The notes beneath the pieces were generated by a model. The model did no database searches and had not been told where the DNA came from. It was given only the letters and a program-made list of their open reading frames with translations. The translations under genes and the position numbers were made by a program. This document shows, one piece after another, positions 50,419 to 60,108 of a DNA stretch of 64,000 nucleotides. Positions within the stretch are counted from its first letter, which is position 1; each line of letters opens with the position of its first letter. The stretch is from an uncultured Chlamydiae bacterium (GTDB lineage Bacteria; Chlamydiota; Chlamydiia; Chlamydiales; JAJFMA01), in the NCBI GenBank assembly GCA_963713615.1, contig CAVQMM010000001.1, positions 1,184,001 through 1,248,000 of the forward strand, in the 5' to 3' direction.

Positions 50419-50603
50419 GCATCGTCTTTTGTTATATTATTCAGATGAAAATTTAGCACTAATAAAACTATTCCGCAATCAGAAATATTGGGTGCTGTGA
50501 AGTTCATTTTCAAATGAGTATATACTACAAGCGGGTAGGTTTTGCACATTCGACTATCGCCAATCTCCCGAAGACACTAGAGCGAAAAGCTTTCGGCTGT
50601 GAG

Positions 50604-51245
50604 TTATTGAGGTTGTTTAGGCGGCGTATATTCCGCAGGTCTTCTCGCTACGAGGTTGCCGCCAGCGTCGTAAACGTCTTCAGCAAAAAGAGAAGTGGAA
50701 AGGTGCATCAAATTAATTATTTTGTCAGCATCAGCAGCTTGCATCAGCTCTGAGCTTTGGCGGTAGTTATAGGGAGCTAAAACAGTAATTTTTTTCTTTG
50801 GGAAATTCTGTTTAAGCTTATGAACAGCTGGAGCAAGGTCAGAGTCGCGCGATAACAGAAAAGCGTGGTCAAACAGATCTTTGTATGCTAAGTCCAATAA
50901 TGCGAGTGCAATGTTCACATCAGTTTCTTTCTCTTCGTGGCTTACCCACCTCGCCTGACATTTTAGGCATTGCCTAGGTTTCTTCTTGAATTGCCCCATG
51001 ACGGGTGTTACGCCCGTTGATGACAATGCTGAGACATATAGGCGATGGCGATGATATGAAGCAGGCTTCCAGGTCGGGTAAGCAGAGAAAAACAAGATTT
51101 GGGTGATGACTTGAGATTTAGTCCGAGTTAATCGAGAGAAGAGTTGTCGGAGATCAAGCCACTTAAGGTGAGGCTGTTGAATCGCATCAAGTGCGTGATA
51201 TAGGTTGAATCCATCGACAAAACAGATGACGCGCTCGAGTTGCAT
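50604..51245 (-). CDS. NYN/LabA (DUF88) PIN-fold ribonuclease
   Basis: CFVDGFNLYH, EEKETDVNIA and LLSRDSDLAP acidic motifs; CxxC insert. Confidence 0.92.
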   Translation of the reverse strand: MQLERVICFVDGFNLYHALDAIQQPHLKWLDLRQLFSRLTRTKSQVITQILFFSAYPTWKPASYHRHRLYVSALSSTGVTPVMGQFKKKPRQCLKCQARWVSHEEKETDVNIALALLDLAYKDLFDHAFLLSRDSDLAPAVHKLKQNFPKKKITVLAPYNYRQSSELMQAADADKIINLMHLSTSLFAEDVYDAGGNLVARRPAEYTPPKQPQ

Positions 51246-51255
51246 TCTCCATCCC

Positions 51256-51317
51256 AAAAAAAAACCACGGTACGGAACCCGTGGCGGCCGCATGGGCGTA
51301 CCATGCGGGATGCTTAT
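51256..51317 (-). ncRNA. Candidate structured leader or small RNA (two hairpins with complementary loops, U9 terminator) upstream of the NYN gene
   Basis: CCGCAUGG-UACGC-CCAUGCGG, CCG, CCACGG-GUUCCGUA-CCGUGG, U9. Confidence 0.55.
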
Positions 51318-51323
51318 ACACTA

Positions 51324-51352
51324 ACTTTAACATCTCCCAATATCTTCAGCAA
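51324..51352 (-). promoter_or_regulatory. Sigma70/sigma66-type promoter for the RNA-NYN unit
   Basis: TTGCTG-17 nt-TAAAGT with an extended -10 TG. Confidence 0.6.
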
Positions 51353-51709
51353 CCTTTTTGGTGCAAATTTGGTGCAGTAGAGTATAATCAGCCTCGACAC
51401 CTACCGATAAACCAGGATTAGGTTAAACGCTTTAAGGGGCTGACTCGCTTGTGATTATGTGTGACTACTTGCCCTACAGTGTCTTTTGGAGCGGAATCAT
51501 AATCCGTTGGTCGCTGGTTCGAATCCGGCTGCCGCTAGTACTACGATTTTTAAGCGCGAATAGATTCTCTATTCGCGCTTTTTTTTCGCTATCGTCGCCC
51601 TAGTGCTCAATACTTTTCATGGACGAATTGGACTGATTGGACGAACTGGACAAAAATGGACTTCACTGTTTTTGTCCAGTTCGTCCATGGAATCCTCCCT
51701 CTAGTCCGT

Positions 51710-52771
51710 CTAAGAGCTACTTCTTTCACACGTAGCTCGACGGTTCTGTATCACTTCCAAGTGGTCGCCATGTACGATATGTAACATGTCGTCCAGAAAG
51801 TCGTACAAACCACCTAACGCGATATGGCTGACCTCATCCAGGCGCTTGCGATGTTCCGCATCCAATTCAAACTGTAAATAACCCAGGCTGTCGTTCAATT
51901 GCTCCGCACTTTTGGCGCCTATGATGGGAATCACATCTAAACCCAAACGCCGATGCACCCAGTTAATGGCTACTTGTGCCGGAGTACGACCGATTTCCTG
52001 TGCGATCTTTACCACTTCGGCAGCGATCTTCTGGTTACGTTCCGTCAAAAATCTACCGCCCCATCCCGGGTTGATTGTAAAACGATCATTAGCCTTGCCT
52101 CGATCTAGGTATTTGCCAGTGAGCACCCCCATTCCTAGAGGGCTCCAAGCTGTTAACGCCAGATCTGTATTACGAGCCAGCGAAAAATGCTCTCTTTCAA
52201 TGCCACGTTCAATAAGGCTGTACTGTAATTGTAATCCCACAAAAGGGGTCCATCCTCTCAGTTCCGCCAAGGTGTTTGCCTTCGATATCACCCAAGCGGG
52301 TGCATTGGAAATCCCTACATAAAGTACCTTGCCGGCCCGAACCATGTCATCCAGAGCCCGCATCATCTCTTCGATAGGGGTTACCTGGTCCCAGGCATGA
52401 ACCCAATACAGGTCGACATAATCGGTTCCCAGTCGCTTGAGACTCGCCTCTAGAGATTGATGTAGGTTTTTGCGCCCATTGCCTCCAGAGTTTGGATCTT
52501 TGGCGTTCTGAGACAGCGTGTATTTGGTGGCTATGACGAAGTCCTTTCTGCGACCAGAAACAAATTCGCCAAGCATACGCTCGCTAGTCCCTTTGGTGTA
52601 ATGATTTGCGGTATCGAAGAAGTTGCCCCCCGCCTCAACATAGGCGTCGAAGACTCCACGCGATTGCTCCTTGTTGCCGCCCCACCCAAATTCCTCGCCA
52701 AAGGTCATCGTGCCAAGACAGATCTCTGACACTCTAAGACCGCTTTTACCAAATAAGCTATACCTCATCAT
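51710..52771 (-). CDS. Aldo/keto reductase
   Basis: GLRVSEICLGTM, FDTANHY, SLKRLGTDYVDLY and WSPLGMG. Confidence 0.95.
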   Translation of the reverse strand: MMRYSLFGKSGLRVSEICLGTMTFGEEFGWGGNKEQSRGVFDAYVEAGGNFFDTANHYTKGTSERMLGEFVSGRRKDFVIATKYTLSQNAKDPNSGGNGRKNLHQSLEASLKRLGTDYVDLYWVHAWDQVTPIEEMMRALDDMVRAGKVLYVGISNAPAWVISKANTLAELRGWTPFVGLQLQYSLIERGIEREHFSLARNTDLALTAWSPLGMGVLTGKYLDRGKANDRFTINPGWGGRFLTERNQKIAAEVVKIAQEIGRTPAQVAINWVHRRLGLDVIPIIGAKSAEQLNDSLGYLQFELDAEHRKRLDEVSHIALGGLYDFLDDMLHIVHGDHLEVIQNRRATCERSSS

Positions 52772-52873
52772 TCACCTCAATTTTGGTATACCCCTACTAT
52801 GATATTCTATTTTTTAACACACAATACGGAAAGTTGATAAGATGGAGGAACGCAATGCATACAGCCGATAAAG

Positions 52874-54178
52874 TTATGCGAGTGTCTGCTTGATGACATC
52901 CAAAGAACGTTGAATGGCACCCCGATTTGCGGCGATGAGATCCAATCCAGCCTGCCCCAGGAGACGGCGCTGAGATTCATCCTTAAGCAGCACGCCAAGG
53001 GCATTAGAAAGTTCCTCAGGGGCTACCTGAATGCCAGCGCCCGCTTCCAGAACAAGACGCTCCAACTCTGGCTGAGCATGCATATGAGGGCCAAAAACCA
53101 CTGGAACCCCATAATGGCATGGCTCCAGAATATTATGTCCACCCACACGCTCCACAAAACTTCCCGCCACGATAGCTATCTGTGACAACTGATAGCATTC
53201 TCTTAATACACCCATGGCATCGACCAAAACAACGCGGATTTCACCACGACTTGGAACAGAATCGGTAAAACGACGAAACGGAATTCCTTCGCTAATAAGC
53301 ATTCTAGCGACATCGTCAAAACGCTCGGGATGCCTTGGCACCAGCAAAAGCTTCATATTGGGATGGTCTACCCATAATTCTCGACAAGCCTTCAAAAGCA
53401 GACGTTCTTCTGGATCATGCGTCGAACCACCTGTGATAACAAAGTCATCTTTCTGTAAGTTTAACCTTTCACGGTAGTATTGCAGTTCTTCGGGAGCCAT
53501 CCGCGGCAAGGTGCCGTCAAATTTCAAATTCCCCGTAATGGTGATCCGATTTGCATGCACCCCAACAGCCTCAAAACGGTCACGATATTCGCGGCTCTGG
53601 ACACATATTTGGTCGAATAATCCGAACAGGGGTTCACTAAAAAAGGGTAACTGGCGGTAGCGAGAGGTCGATCTCTCTGATAGCTTGCCATTGACTACCA
53701 TCAGCTTCGCCCCTACATTTCGGGCTTCATTCAAAAAATGGAACCAATAGTCCGTTTCGGTCACGATAACGAGATTGGGGCGCAGCTTCTGCAAGACTCG
53801 TCGCATAATCCATCCCAAATCCAGGGGAAGATAGAGATGCCGTTCAGCAAAAGGCATTGTTCGTTGTGCTTCAGCATGGCCGGTAGCGGTAATAGAGGAG
53901 ATAATAATAATGGGATCGCACAACGTGGCACGAAGCTGATCTACAAGAGGAGCGACGGCCTTTGTTTCCCCCAAGGATACGGCATGAACCCATACAAGAG
54001 GGCGTCTTCCCTTGTGTATAGGGGCAATGCCACCACCAAAACGCTCCCAAAAGCCCTCCGTTGGCTTTTTACCGCGAAGGACCTGCAAAAGGAACCGCGG
54101 TAACATAAACAGCAGGGCCACACAAAGACCAAGATCGTATGATAAACCTAGCCAGAATCGTTTCACAAATTTTTCCAT
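52874..54178 (-). CDS. waaA: 3-deoxy-D-manno-octulosonic acid (Kdo) transferase
   Basis: WVHAVSLGE, TGNLKFD, STHDPEE, PRHPERF and GGHNILEP. Confidence 0.96.
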   Translation of the reverse strand: MEKFVKRFWLGLSYDLGLCVALLFMLPRFLLQVLRGKKPTEGFWERFGGGIAPIHKGRRPLVWVHAVSLGETKAVAPLVDQLRATLCDPIIIISSITATGHAEAQRTMPFAERHLYLPLDLGWIMRRVLQKLRPNLVIVTETDYWFHFLNEARNVGAKLMVVNGKLSERSTSRYRQLPFFSEPLFGLFDQICVQSREYRDRFEAVGVHANRITITGNLKFDGTLPRMAPEELQYYRERLNLQKDDFVITGGSTHDPEERLLLKACRELWVDHPNMKLLLVPRHPERFDDVARMLISEGIPFRRFTDSVPSRGEIRVVLVDAMGVLRECYQLSQIAIVAGSFVERVGGHNILEPCHYGVPVVFGPHMHAQPELERLVLEAGAGIQVAPEELSNALGVLLKDESQRRLLGQAGLDLIAANRGAIQRSLDVIKQTLA

Positions 54179-54317
54179 ATTGGTTGTACCGCGCGTGGTA
54201 AGTATTCTACAAGGACCAATAATAAAGAGCGAGTCAAAGAGTTTTTTAGAGTCCTTGACCTAAACGCCGGAGTAATTCATACTTAAAGCCCCAATAATCA
54301 ATGGAGTTGGTAGAGGA

Positions 54318-54896
54318 ATGGTTTGCCTAAACAATGTGAGTGCATCAAACGAGCGTTCGTTACTGCATGAGTCTCTCCAAACCATCGCGGACGCTGCAAC
54401 AGCTCTCCGCGATAATGTCTACTGGGCAACCAAGCAAACACCGCTTGGGGGTCTTGTCGACAGAATTTGCGATTTCATGGACGAGAACACTACACTAATT
54501 TTTTGGGGTGGAGCATGTCTCTTTGCTATTCTGAATCCACCCCTTTATTTGTCAGGTTTTGCGATAGGTCTTACGGTTGGATCACTGATGCCCTACAAAT
54601 CCAAGGCGGTTCGAAACATCGACTTTACTGCTTTACGCCAAACTATTAAGGTTATCGTATTTCTGGTTAGTCCCTGGTTGGGAGCTTTTGCCTACCTGGT
54701 GACAGCCCTAACACCGGGATTTCACTCCTATCGAGTGTATAATAAGCAGTACTACGAAAATCTCCAGGGCTTCGATGCCCTTAAATATGAACTAAGCTTC
54801 ATGTGGGTTGAAGCTGACCGACTGCACTCACAGTGTGCACAGTTGTCGAAATCGTTGCCGATAACGTTTACACAACCCGCAATGATCCGCGTATAG
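54318..54896 (+). CDS. Hypothetical multi-pass membrane protein (Inc-like), paralog of the next gene
   Basis: Hydrophobic hairpins; shares a ..N..LIFW.. segment with 55012-55536. Confidence 0.55.
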   Translation: MVCLNNVSASNERSLLHESLQTIADAATALRDNVYWATKQTPLGGLVDRICDFMDENTTLIFWGGACLFAILNPPLYLSGFAIGLTVGSLMPYKSKAVRNIDFTALRQTIKVIVFLVSPWLGAFAYLVTALTPGFHSYRVYNKQYYENLQGFDALKYELSFMWVEADRLHSQCAQLSKSLPITFTQPAMIRV

Positions 54897-55011
54897 TTTT
54901 TTGATATCCTTTACGAAGCCTTAACGGCACCTTGAAACGCTATTAACCTCGGCCTAGTATTATTTTAGAAAATGCCTTCAGCCGGCACATACAGAAACAA
55001 AGGAGAGAGTC

Positions 55012-55536
55012 GTGAGTACTATTCTAAATGCCGTTACACCTAATTCCTTAAAACCATCATGGTTGTGTGGTACCGAGCCCACCCTTGCTGCCGCTGTCGA
55101 CCAGATTGAGCAAGGCATCGGAACCCTCGTTCACCTCGGTAAGGACCGTATCTATGCAGTGGTTAAACTAACCAGCGCGGAAAGTGGGATAAAAAGGGTT
55201 CATCAGGTCATCACAGACAATGCAGAACTTATTTTCTGGGCCTTAGCGGCAATCAACCTATACCAACATTGGGCGCTATTCTCTATAGGTGTGGTGACTG
55301 GCCTAGCGATCGCTGGAGCAGGAGAAAAACTAGGGTTATTGACCAAGTCAGTGCAAATCTTAAAAACTAAGACTGCGGTAACCGACTATAACTACCTCTC
55401 AGGAGCTTTGTTGTTTGTATTGGCACCTTGGCTAAGCTCACTTCAGAGTGGTATCACTGCTGGTAACTACCTTGGCAACCCCACTCCTAAATCGCCTTCT
55501 ACATGGACAGACATGCTGCCTTGGATGAAAGGATAG
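55012..55536 (+). CDS. Hypothetical multi-pass membrane protein (Inc-like), paralog of the previous gene
   Basis: AAGGAG SD, GTG start; DNAELIFW and LAPWL shared with 54318. Confidence 0.55.
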   Translation: MSTILNAVTPNSLKPSWLCGTEPTLAAAVDQIEQGIGTLVHLGKDRIYAVVKLTSAESGIKRVHQVITDNAELIFWALAAINLYQHWALFSIGVVTGLAIAGAGEKLGLLTKSVQILKTKTAVTDYNYLSGALLFVLAPWLSSLQSGITAGNYLGNPTPKSPSTWTDMLPWMKG

Positions 55537-55538
55537 AC

Positions 55539-56492
55539 CTATGAAGCTCTCATTGGCGCATCAAAGCCTTCCCCAGGCTCTAGAAGCCTAAAAGCATCTA
55601 GGGAGACTTTGTGCCGCCTGAGAGCGCTTTTTAGCTCTTTCGCCGGATCGTCGTAGCCCTCATCACTCAAGTGAAATGTGCCGAAATGAATGCCTATGCT
55701 GGTGCTCGCCTTTAGGATCTGATGTACCTTGACAGCATCGTCAGGAGATAGATGTACAGGTCCCATAAACCAGCGGGGAGAATAGGCTCCTATGGGTAGG
55801 AGGGCTACTCTGATCGGGCCGCAATACTTGCCAATTTCTTCAAAATGCTTGCCTAGCCCTGTATCGCCTGCAAAATAGATTGCGCCGCTGGATCCTTTTA
55901 TGACAAAGCCTCCCCACAAGGTCTTGTTATGGTCTAGAAATCCACGTCGAGCGTAATGCTGAGCGGGCACAAAGGCTATCTTGACATCTGGGGTCAATTG
56001 AGCCTCCTGCCACCAGGACAGATCATGAACTCGTTGAATACCATGTCGGTGCATCCAGCGACTGTTGCCTTTTCCAACAAAGAAATAAGGATCATGCGCC
56101 TTTTTCAATCTTTTGATGGTCGGAAGGTCAAGATGGTCGTAATGGTTATGACTGATCAACACATAGTCAATTTTCGGAAGATCCTCAAAACGTACACCAG
56201 GAGCCCGCACTCTCTTAGGCCCCAAAACGCCCATAGGCCCTGCCCTCTTAGACCAGATGGGATCCGTAAGAATGTTTAAACCTTCTGTCTGGATAAGCAC
56301 CGTCGCATGATTGATGAAAGTAACTCTAAGTTCACTCCCCAGCACACGCTCCGTGGGGATTTTTTGCGGTGAGACAGGAATATGCTTTGGCCAATCGATA
56401 GGTTTTCGAGTGGTTAACCAACGCAGCACATCTATCCAACCGCGCGATTGTAATTGTAGAGATGCTGAGCTCTTTCCGTGAGATGACTTCAT
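55539..56492 (-). CDS. MBL-fold metallo-hydrolase (NAPE-PLD/RomA-like)
   Basis: ILTDPIWS, SHNHYDHLD, YFAGDTG, LPIGAY and IHFGTF. Confidence 0.92.
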   Translation of the reverse strand: MKSSHGKSSASLQLQSRGWIDVLRWLTTRKPIDWPKHIPVSPQKIPTERVLGSELRVTFINHATVLIQTEGLNILTDPIWSKRAGPMGVLGPKRVRAPGVRFEDLPKIDYVLISHNHYDHLDLPTIKRLKKAHDPYFFVGKGNSRWMHRHGIQRVHDLSWWQEAQLTPDVKIAFVPAQHYARRGFLDHNKTLWGGFVIKGSSGAIYFAGDTGLGKHFEEIGKYCGPIRVALLPIGAYSPRWFMGPVHLSPDDAVKVHQILKASTSIGIHFGTFHLSDEGYDDPAKELKSALRRHKVSLDAFRLLEPGEGFDAPMRAS

Positions 56493-56601
56493 ACAAACCC
56501 TCTTCCTACCGTTTATGGCAAAAGCGGCTATATCATGTCAGCCAAAAATTAATGGGGGCAGAGCGGGGATGGGCAGAGGGGAGGAGAGGAGAAAAGTGAG
56601 G

Positions 56602-57121
56602 GAAAAAGAGAGTTAGGATTTTTTTTACCGCAGAGAGCGCCGAGACGCCGAGATAGGAGAGAGGAGGGGAAGGTGGAAAAGAGGGGAAATTGAATGTTTG
56701 CTAATAAAGCCCTCACAATCGTTTCTCGGCGCGCAGCGCTTTGAACGCGCGTCGCTCGCGACCGCTTTGGATTTGGGCGTACTAGGTATTTACGAAAGGT
56801 GAAGCCCTTTCCGGGTATGCTGGGAGAGCTTGAGCATTCAAACAACGGTGCGTGCCACAAGAGGCTCGCCCAAATCCAAAGCGGTCGCGAGCGACACGCA
56901 CTCCAAAGCGCTACGCGCCGAGATACGATTGTGAGGGCTTTATTGCTCATCTGAAATCCCAAAAGACTTCTGCAATTACCTCATAAAGTCCATTTATTCT
57001 CACGCGAAATGACAGTGATAAAACAAAAAACAATTCAACTCCTCCCCCTCTCCTCTCTCCTCCTATCTCGGCGTCTCGGCGCTCTCCGTGGTAAAAAAAA
57101 ATCCTAACTCTCTTTTTCCCT
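56602..57121. repeat. Family-B inverted arms enclosing a family-A REPIN (56703-56945)
   Basis: GGAAAAAGAGAGTTAGGATTTTTTTTACC..GAGCGCCGAGACGCCGAGATAGGAG and its reverse complement at about 57058-57121. Confidence 0.85.
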
Positions 57122-57243
57122 CATTTTTCTCTTCTCCTCGCCTCTCTGCACCCTCTCTTCTCTGCACTCCTCCTTGCTATTATTGCGGTGAGAGTGTAGT
57201 GTTTACTCGTTGTAGACGTAATTTTTTAGCGAAGGTCGTCAAT

Positions 57244-58035
57244 ATGACAGCACAGGTCCTAGGCATTATTCCTGCTCGTTACCAGAGCTCTCGCTTTCCA
57301 GCCAAGATGCTTGCCCTTATCGCAGGCAAGACCTTACTTCAGCATACGTTTGAGAATGCTTCTAGATTTGAAGGACTCGATGCCCTCGTCGTCGCCACTG
57401 ACGACCAGCGCATCTTTGACCATGTGGTGGGCTTCGGTGGCGAGGCTGTGATGACATCAGTCAGTTGCCCCACGGGAACAGATCGCCTTGCTGAGGTTAT
57501 CAAGCTATATCCACGCTACCAACACTATGAAGTCGTCGTGAATATTCAGGGCGACGACCCCTGTTTACCCAAGGATGTTGTCGAAGCCGTCGTGGAAAAA
57601 TTGCTTAGTGATTCATCAGTAGCCATGGCAACCGCCGTATGTCCGCTAACAAATGCTGATAATGCCCGAGACCCCTCGATGCCCAAATGCGTCATTGATC
57701 GACATGGTCACGCGATGTATTTTAGCCGCGCCTTAATCCCGGGTTCGCATCAGCTGGATTTCAATCCAAAGACGACTTATTACAAGCATCTTGGCATCTA
57801 CGCTTACCGCACGGACTTCCTTCTGCATTATTCCGATTTACCGGCTACGCCCTTACAGCTAGCAGAAGACCTTGAACAGCTTAAAATTTTGGAAAATGGT
57901 TATCGTATTAAGGTGGCCATTGTTCAAGAACAAGATATTCCGGGTGTTAATACACCTGAAGACATAGCAAAAGTGGAACCATTATTATGCCAACAAAATT
58001 CCTATTCGTCACTGGTGGAGTCTGCTCGTCCCTAG
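57244..58035 (+). CDS. kdsB: 3-deoxy-manno-octulosonate cytidylyltransferase
   Basis: IIPARYQSSRFP, GTDRLAE, NIQGD, HLGIYAY and EDLEQL; start placed at the ATG at 57244. Confidence 0.96.
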   Translation: MTAQVLGIIPARYQSSRFPAKMLALIAGKTLLQHTFENASRFEGLDALVVATDDQRIFDHVVGFGGEAVMTSVSCPTGTDRLAEVIKLYPRYQHYEVVVNIQGDDPCLPKDVVEAVVEKLLSDSSVAMATAVCPLTNADNARDPSMPKCVIDRHGHAMYFSRALIPGSHQLDFNPKTTYYKHLGIYAYRTDFLLHYSDLPATPLQLAEDLEQLKILENGYRIKVAIVQEQDIPGVNTPEDIAKVEPLLCQQNSYSSLVESARP

Positions 58036-59603
58036 GCAAGGGACTCAGCGCTGCCTCACTAGGCCTGCTTCTGGAAAAGAAGGGTCTGAAGGTGGCGATG
58101 CTCAAATTCGACCCTTACCTCAACGTCGACCCGGGTACCATGAGTCCCTATCAACACGGCGAGGTTTACGTCACTGATGATGGTGCTGAAACCGATCTAG
58201 ATTTAGGCCACTATTTTCGATATACCAGCTCCCCTCTTTCCAAGGCATCCAACGCCACCTCCGGCCAAATTTATAATACGGTTATCAAGCGTGAAAGACG
58301 TGGTGATTATTTGGGCAAAACTGTTCAGGTGATCCCTCATATCACCGACGAGATCAAAAGCCGCATTTTAGCCTGCATGCAACAAGAAGAAGGCATCGAT
58401 GTGGTCATCGTCGAGGTGGGTGGCACAGTGGGTGATATCGAATCACTGCCCTTTCTAGAGGCTATACGACAATTTCAACATGAACGTCCCGGTGACTGTC
58501 TTAATATCCATCTCACCTACGTCCCCTATGTCAAAGCTGCTGGTGAATTCAAAACAAAACCTACCCAGCACTCGGTACATGCCCTACGTGCTATTGGCAT
58601 CATCCCACATGTCATCTTGTGTCGCTGCGAGTATCCGCTCTCCGACGCTGTCAAAGCCAAAATCGCACTCTTCTGCGATGTGGCTCCTGGTGCTGTCATC
58701 GATGAGCCTGACGTCAAATATACCATCTATGAAGTCCCCCTCCACCTACAGGAGCAGGGGATGGGTACCATGATTTGCAATAAGTTGGGTCTGAAGGATT
58801 CCCCTGTCGAATTGCCCGAATGGCAAAAAATTGTCGATACCGTCAAAAAGCCCAAAGGAACAATCACTGTCGGAATCGTCGGCAAATATGTCGAGCACCA
58901 GGATGCTTATAAATCTGTGTTCGAAGCCTTGGCCCATGGGGCACTAGCGCTAGGGTACACCATTGACATCAAGACTTTTGAGTCGGATAAAGTTATCGAA
59001 AACGGGGTCCTTAAAGACTCCGTCAAAGGTTGCGATGGTTACCTGGTGCCGGGCGGTTTTGGTGAAAGAGGTTGGAATGGCAAAATCCTAACGGCTGCCT
59101 ACTGCCGAGAGAAGCGTATCCCCTTCTTCGGAATCTGCCTTGGAATGCAGGCAATGGTGGTCGATTTTGCGCGTCATGTGATGGGATGGGAAGATGCCTC
59201 CTCCACGGAGATTGATCCTGGAACTGAGTATCCTATCATCTCTTTGCTTAGTGAGCAGCGCCAAGTGCAAGACCTGGGCGGAACGATGCGTTTAGGCGCG
59301 TTTAATTGTGTTCTGAAAGAAGGCTCTAAGGCGTTCCAAGCTTATGGCACCAAGGTCATCAGCGAACGTCATCGTCATCGCTTTGAGTACAACAACCAAT
59401 TTCGCGACCTGATGGAAGCCCGGGGCTTAGTCCTCTCAGGCACCCTTGAGGGAGATACTTTAGCTGAAATTGCTGAAGTCAGAGATCATCCATGGATGGT
59501 CGGAGTGCAGTTTCACCCTGAATTTAAATCGAAGCCGATTGCGCCACATCCGCTGTTTAAAGCCTTCGCTGCCGCTATGATCGCTTACAAGAACGAGGGG
59601 TAG
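57987..59603 (+). CDS. pyrG: CTP synthase
   Basis: GGVCSSLGKG, DPYLNVDPGTMSP, GICLGMQ and QFHPEF. Confidence 0.98.
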   Translation: MPTKFLFVTGGVCSSLGKGLSAASLGLLLEKKGLKVAMLKFDPYLNVDPGTMSPYQHGEVYVTDDGAETDLDLGHYFRYTSSPLSKASNATSGQIYNTVIKRERRGDYLGKTVQVIPHITDEIKSRILACMQQEEGIDVVIVEVGGTVGDIESLPFLEAIRQFQHERPGDCLNIHLTYVPYVKAAGEFKTKPTQHSVHALRAIGIIPHVILCRCEYPLSDAVKAKIALFCDVAPGAVIDEPDVKYTIYEVPLHLQEQGMGTMICNKLGLKDSPVELPEWQKIVDTVKKPKGTITVGIVGKYVEHQDAYKSVFEALAHGALALGYTIDIKTFESDKVIENGVLKDSVKGCDGYLVPGGFGERGWNGKILTAAYCREKRIPFFGICLGMQAMVVDFARHVMGWEDASSTEIDPGTEYPIISLLSEQRQVQDLGGTMRLGAFNCVLKEGSKAFQAYGTKVISERHRHRFEYNNQFRDLMEARGLVLSGTLEGDTLAEIAEVRDHPWMVGVQFHPEFKSKPIAPHPLFKAFAAAMIAYKNEG

Positions 59604-59607
59604 AACT

Positions 59608-60066
59608 ATGCAACCCCAACGTCAGCGACCCACGCGTGTGGTCGCTATTGACTTTGGTCTCGTACGCATCGGATTGGCCATTTCCGACGAGCGTAAGATC
59701 ATCGCCATGCCTCACCCTACTATAAAGGCGGAAAAGAAGCTGGAGGATACCGCTGTAAAAGTCGTCAAAGAACTCGAGGAGGCTGCAGTAAAGGGCGGCT
59801 ATGACATTCAAGAGATTGTTGTAGGACTGCCTCTGCGCATGAGTGGTGAAGTGGGCCTGATGGCCGATGAAGTTCACCTCTTTGCAGATCTGTTGCGTTC
59901 ACGTATTAATGTCCCGATTGTTCTCTGGGATGAGCGGCTTACTTCGGTCCAGGCCGACAGATCCATGCGTGAAGGCAACATGCGGCGCAAGCAACGCGCC
60001 AAGCACGTCGATCAGGTTGCTGCTGTCATCATCCTGCAGACCTACCTCGACAGCAAAGCTGTGTAG
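59608..60066 (+). CDS. yqgF: YqgF/RuvX pre-16S rRNA nuclease
   Basis: AIDFGLVRIGLAISD, WDERLTS and DQVAAVIILQ. Confidence 0.93.
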   Translation: MQPQRQRPTRVVAIDFGLVRIGLAISDERKIIAMPHPTIKAEKKLEDTAVKVVKELEEAAVKGGYDIQEIVVGLPLRMSGEVGLMADEVHLFADLLRSRINVPIVLWDERLTSVQADRSMREGNMRRKQRAKHVDQVAAVIILQTYLDSKAV

Positions 60067-60108
60067 CTAATGCGTCGCACAGTCATTTGCACACATCTTT
60101 TTCTTGAC

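Larger units (their letters stand above)
47829..51644. mobile_element. tRNA-Met-anchored genomic islet bounded by direct repeats, with no integrase
   Basis: 47829-47880 is identical to 51490-51541 (52 bp); similarity continues about 100 bp through the terminator. Confidence 0.8.

Noticed and set aside
51490..51537. Third tRNA-Met gene
   Set aside because: It lacks the 5' acceptor strand and D-arm; it is the att-like duplicate
57088..57243. N-terminal extension of kdsB in the ORF track; similar extensions on trxB, lemA, oppF and 25918-26646
   Set aside because: They come from upstream repeat or intergenic sequence; downstream ATGs match the expected family starts
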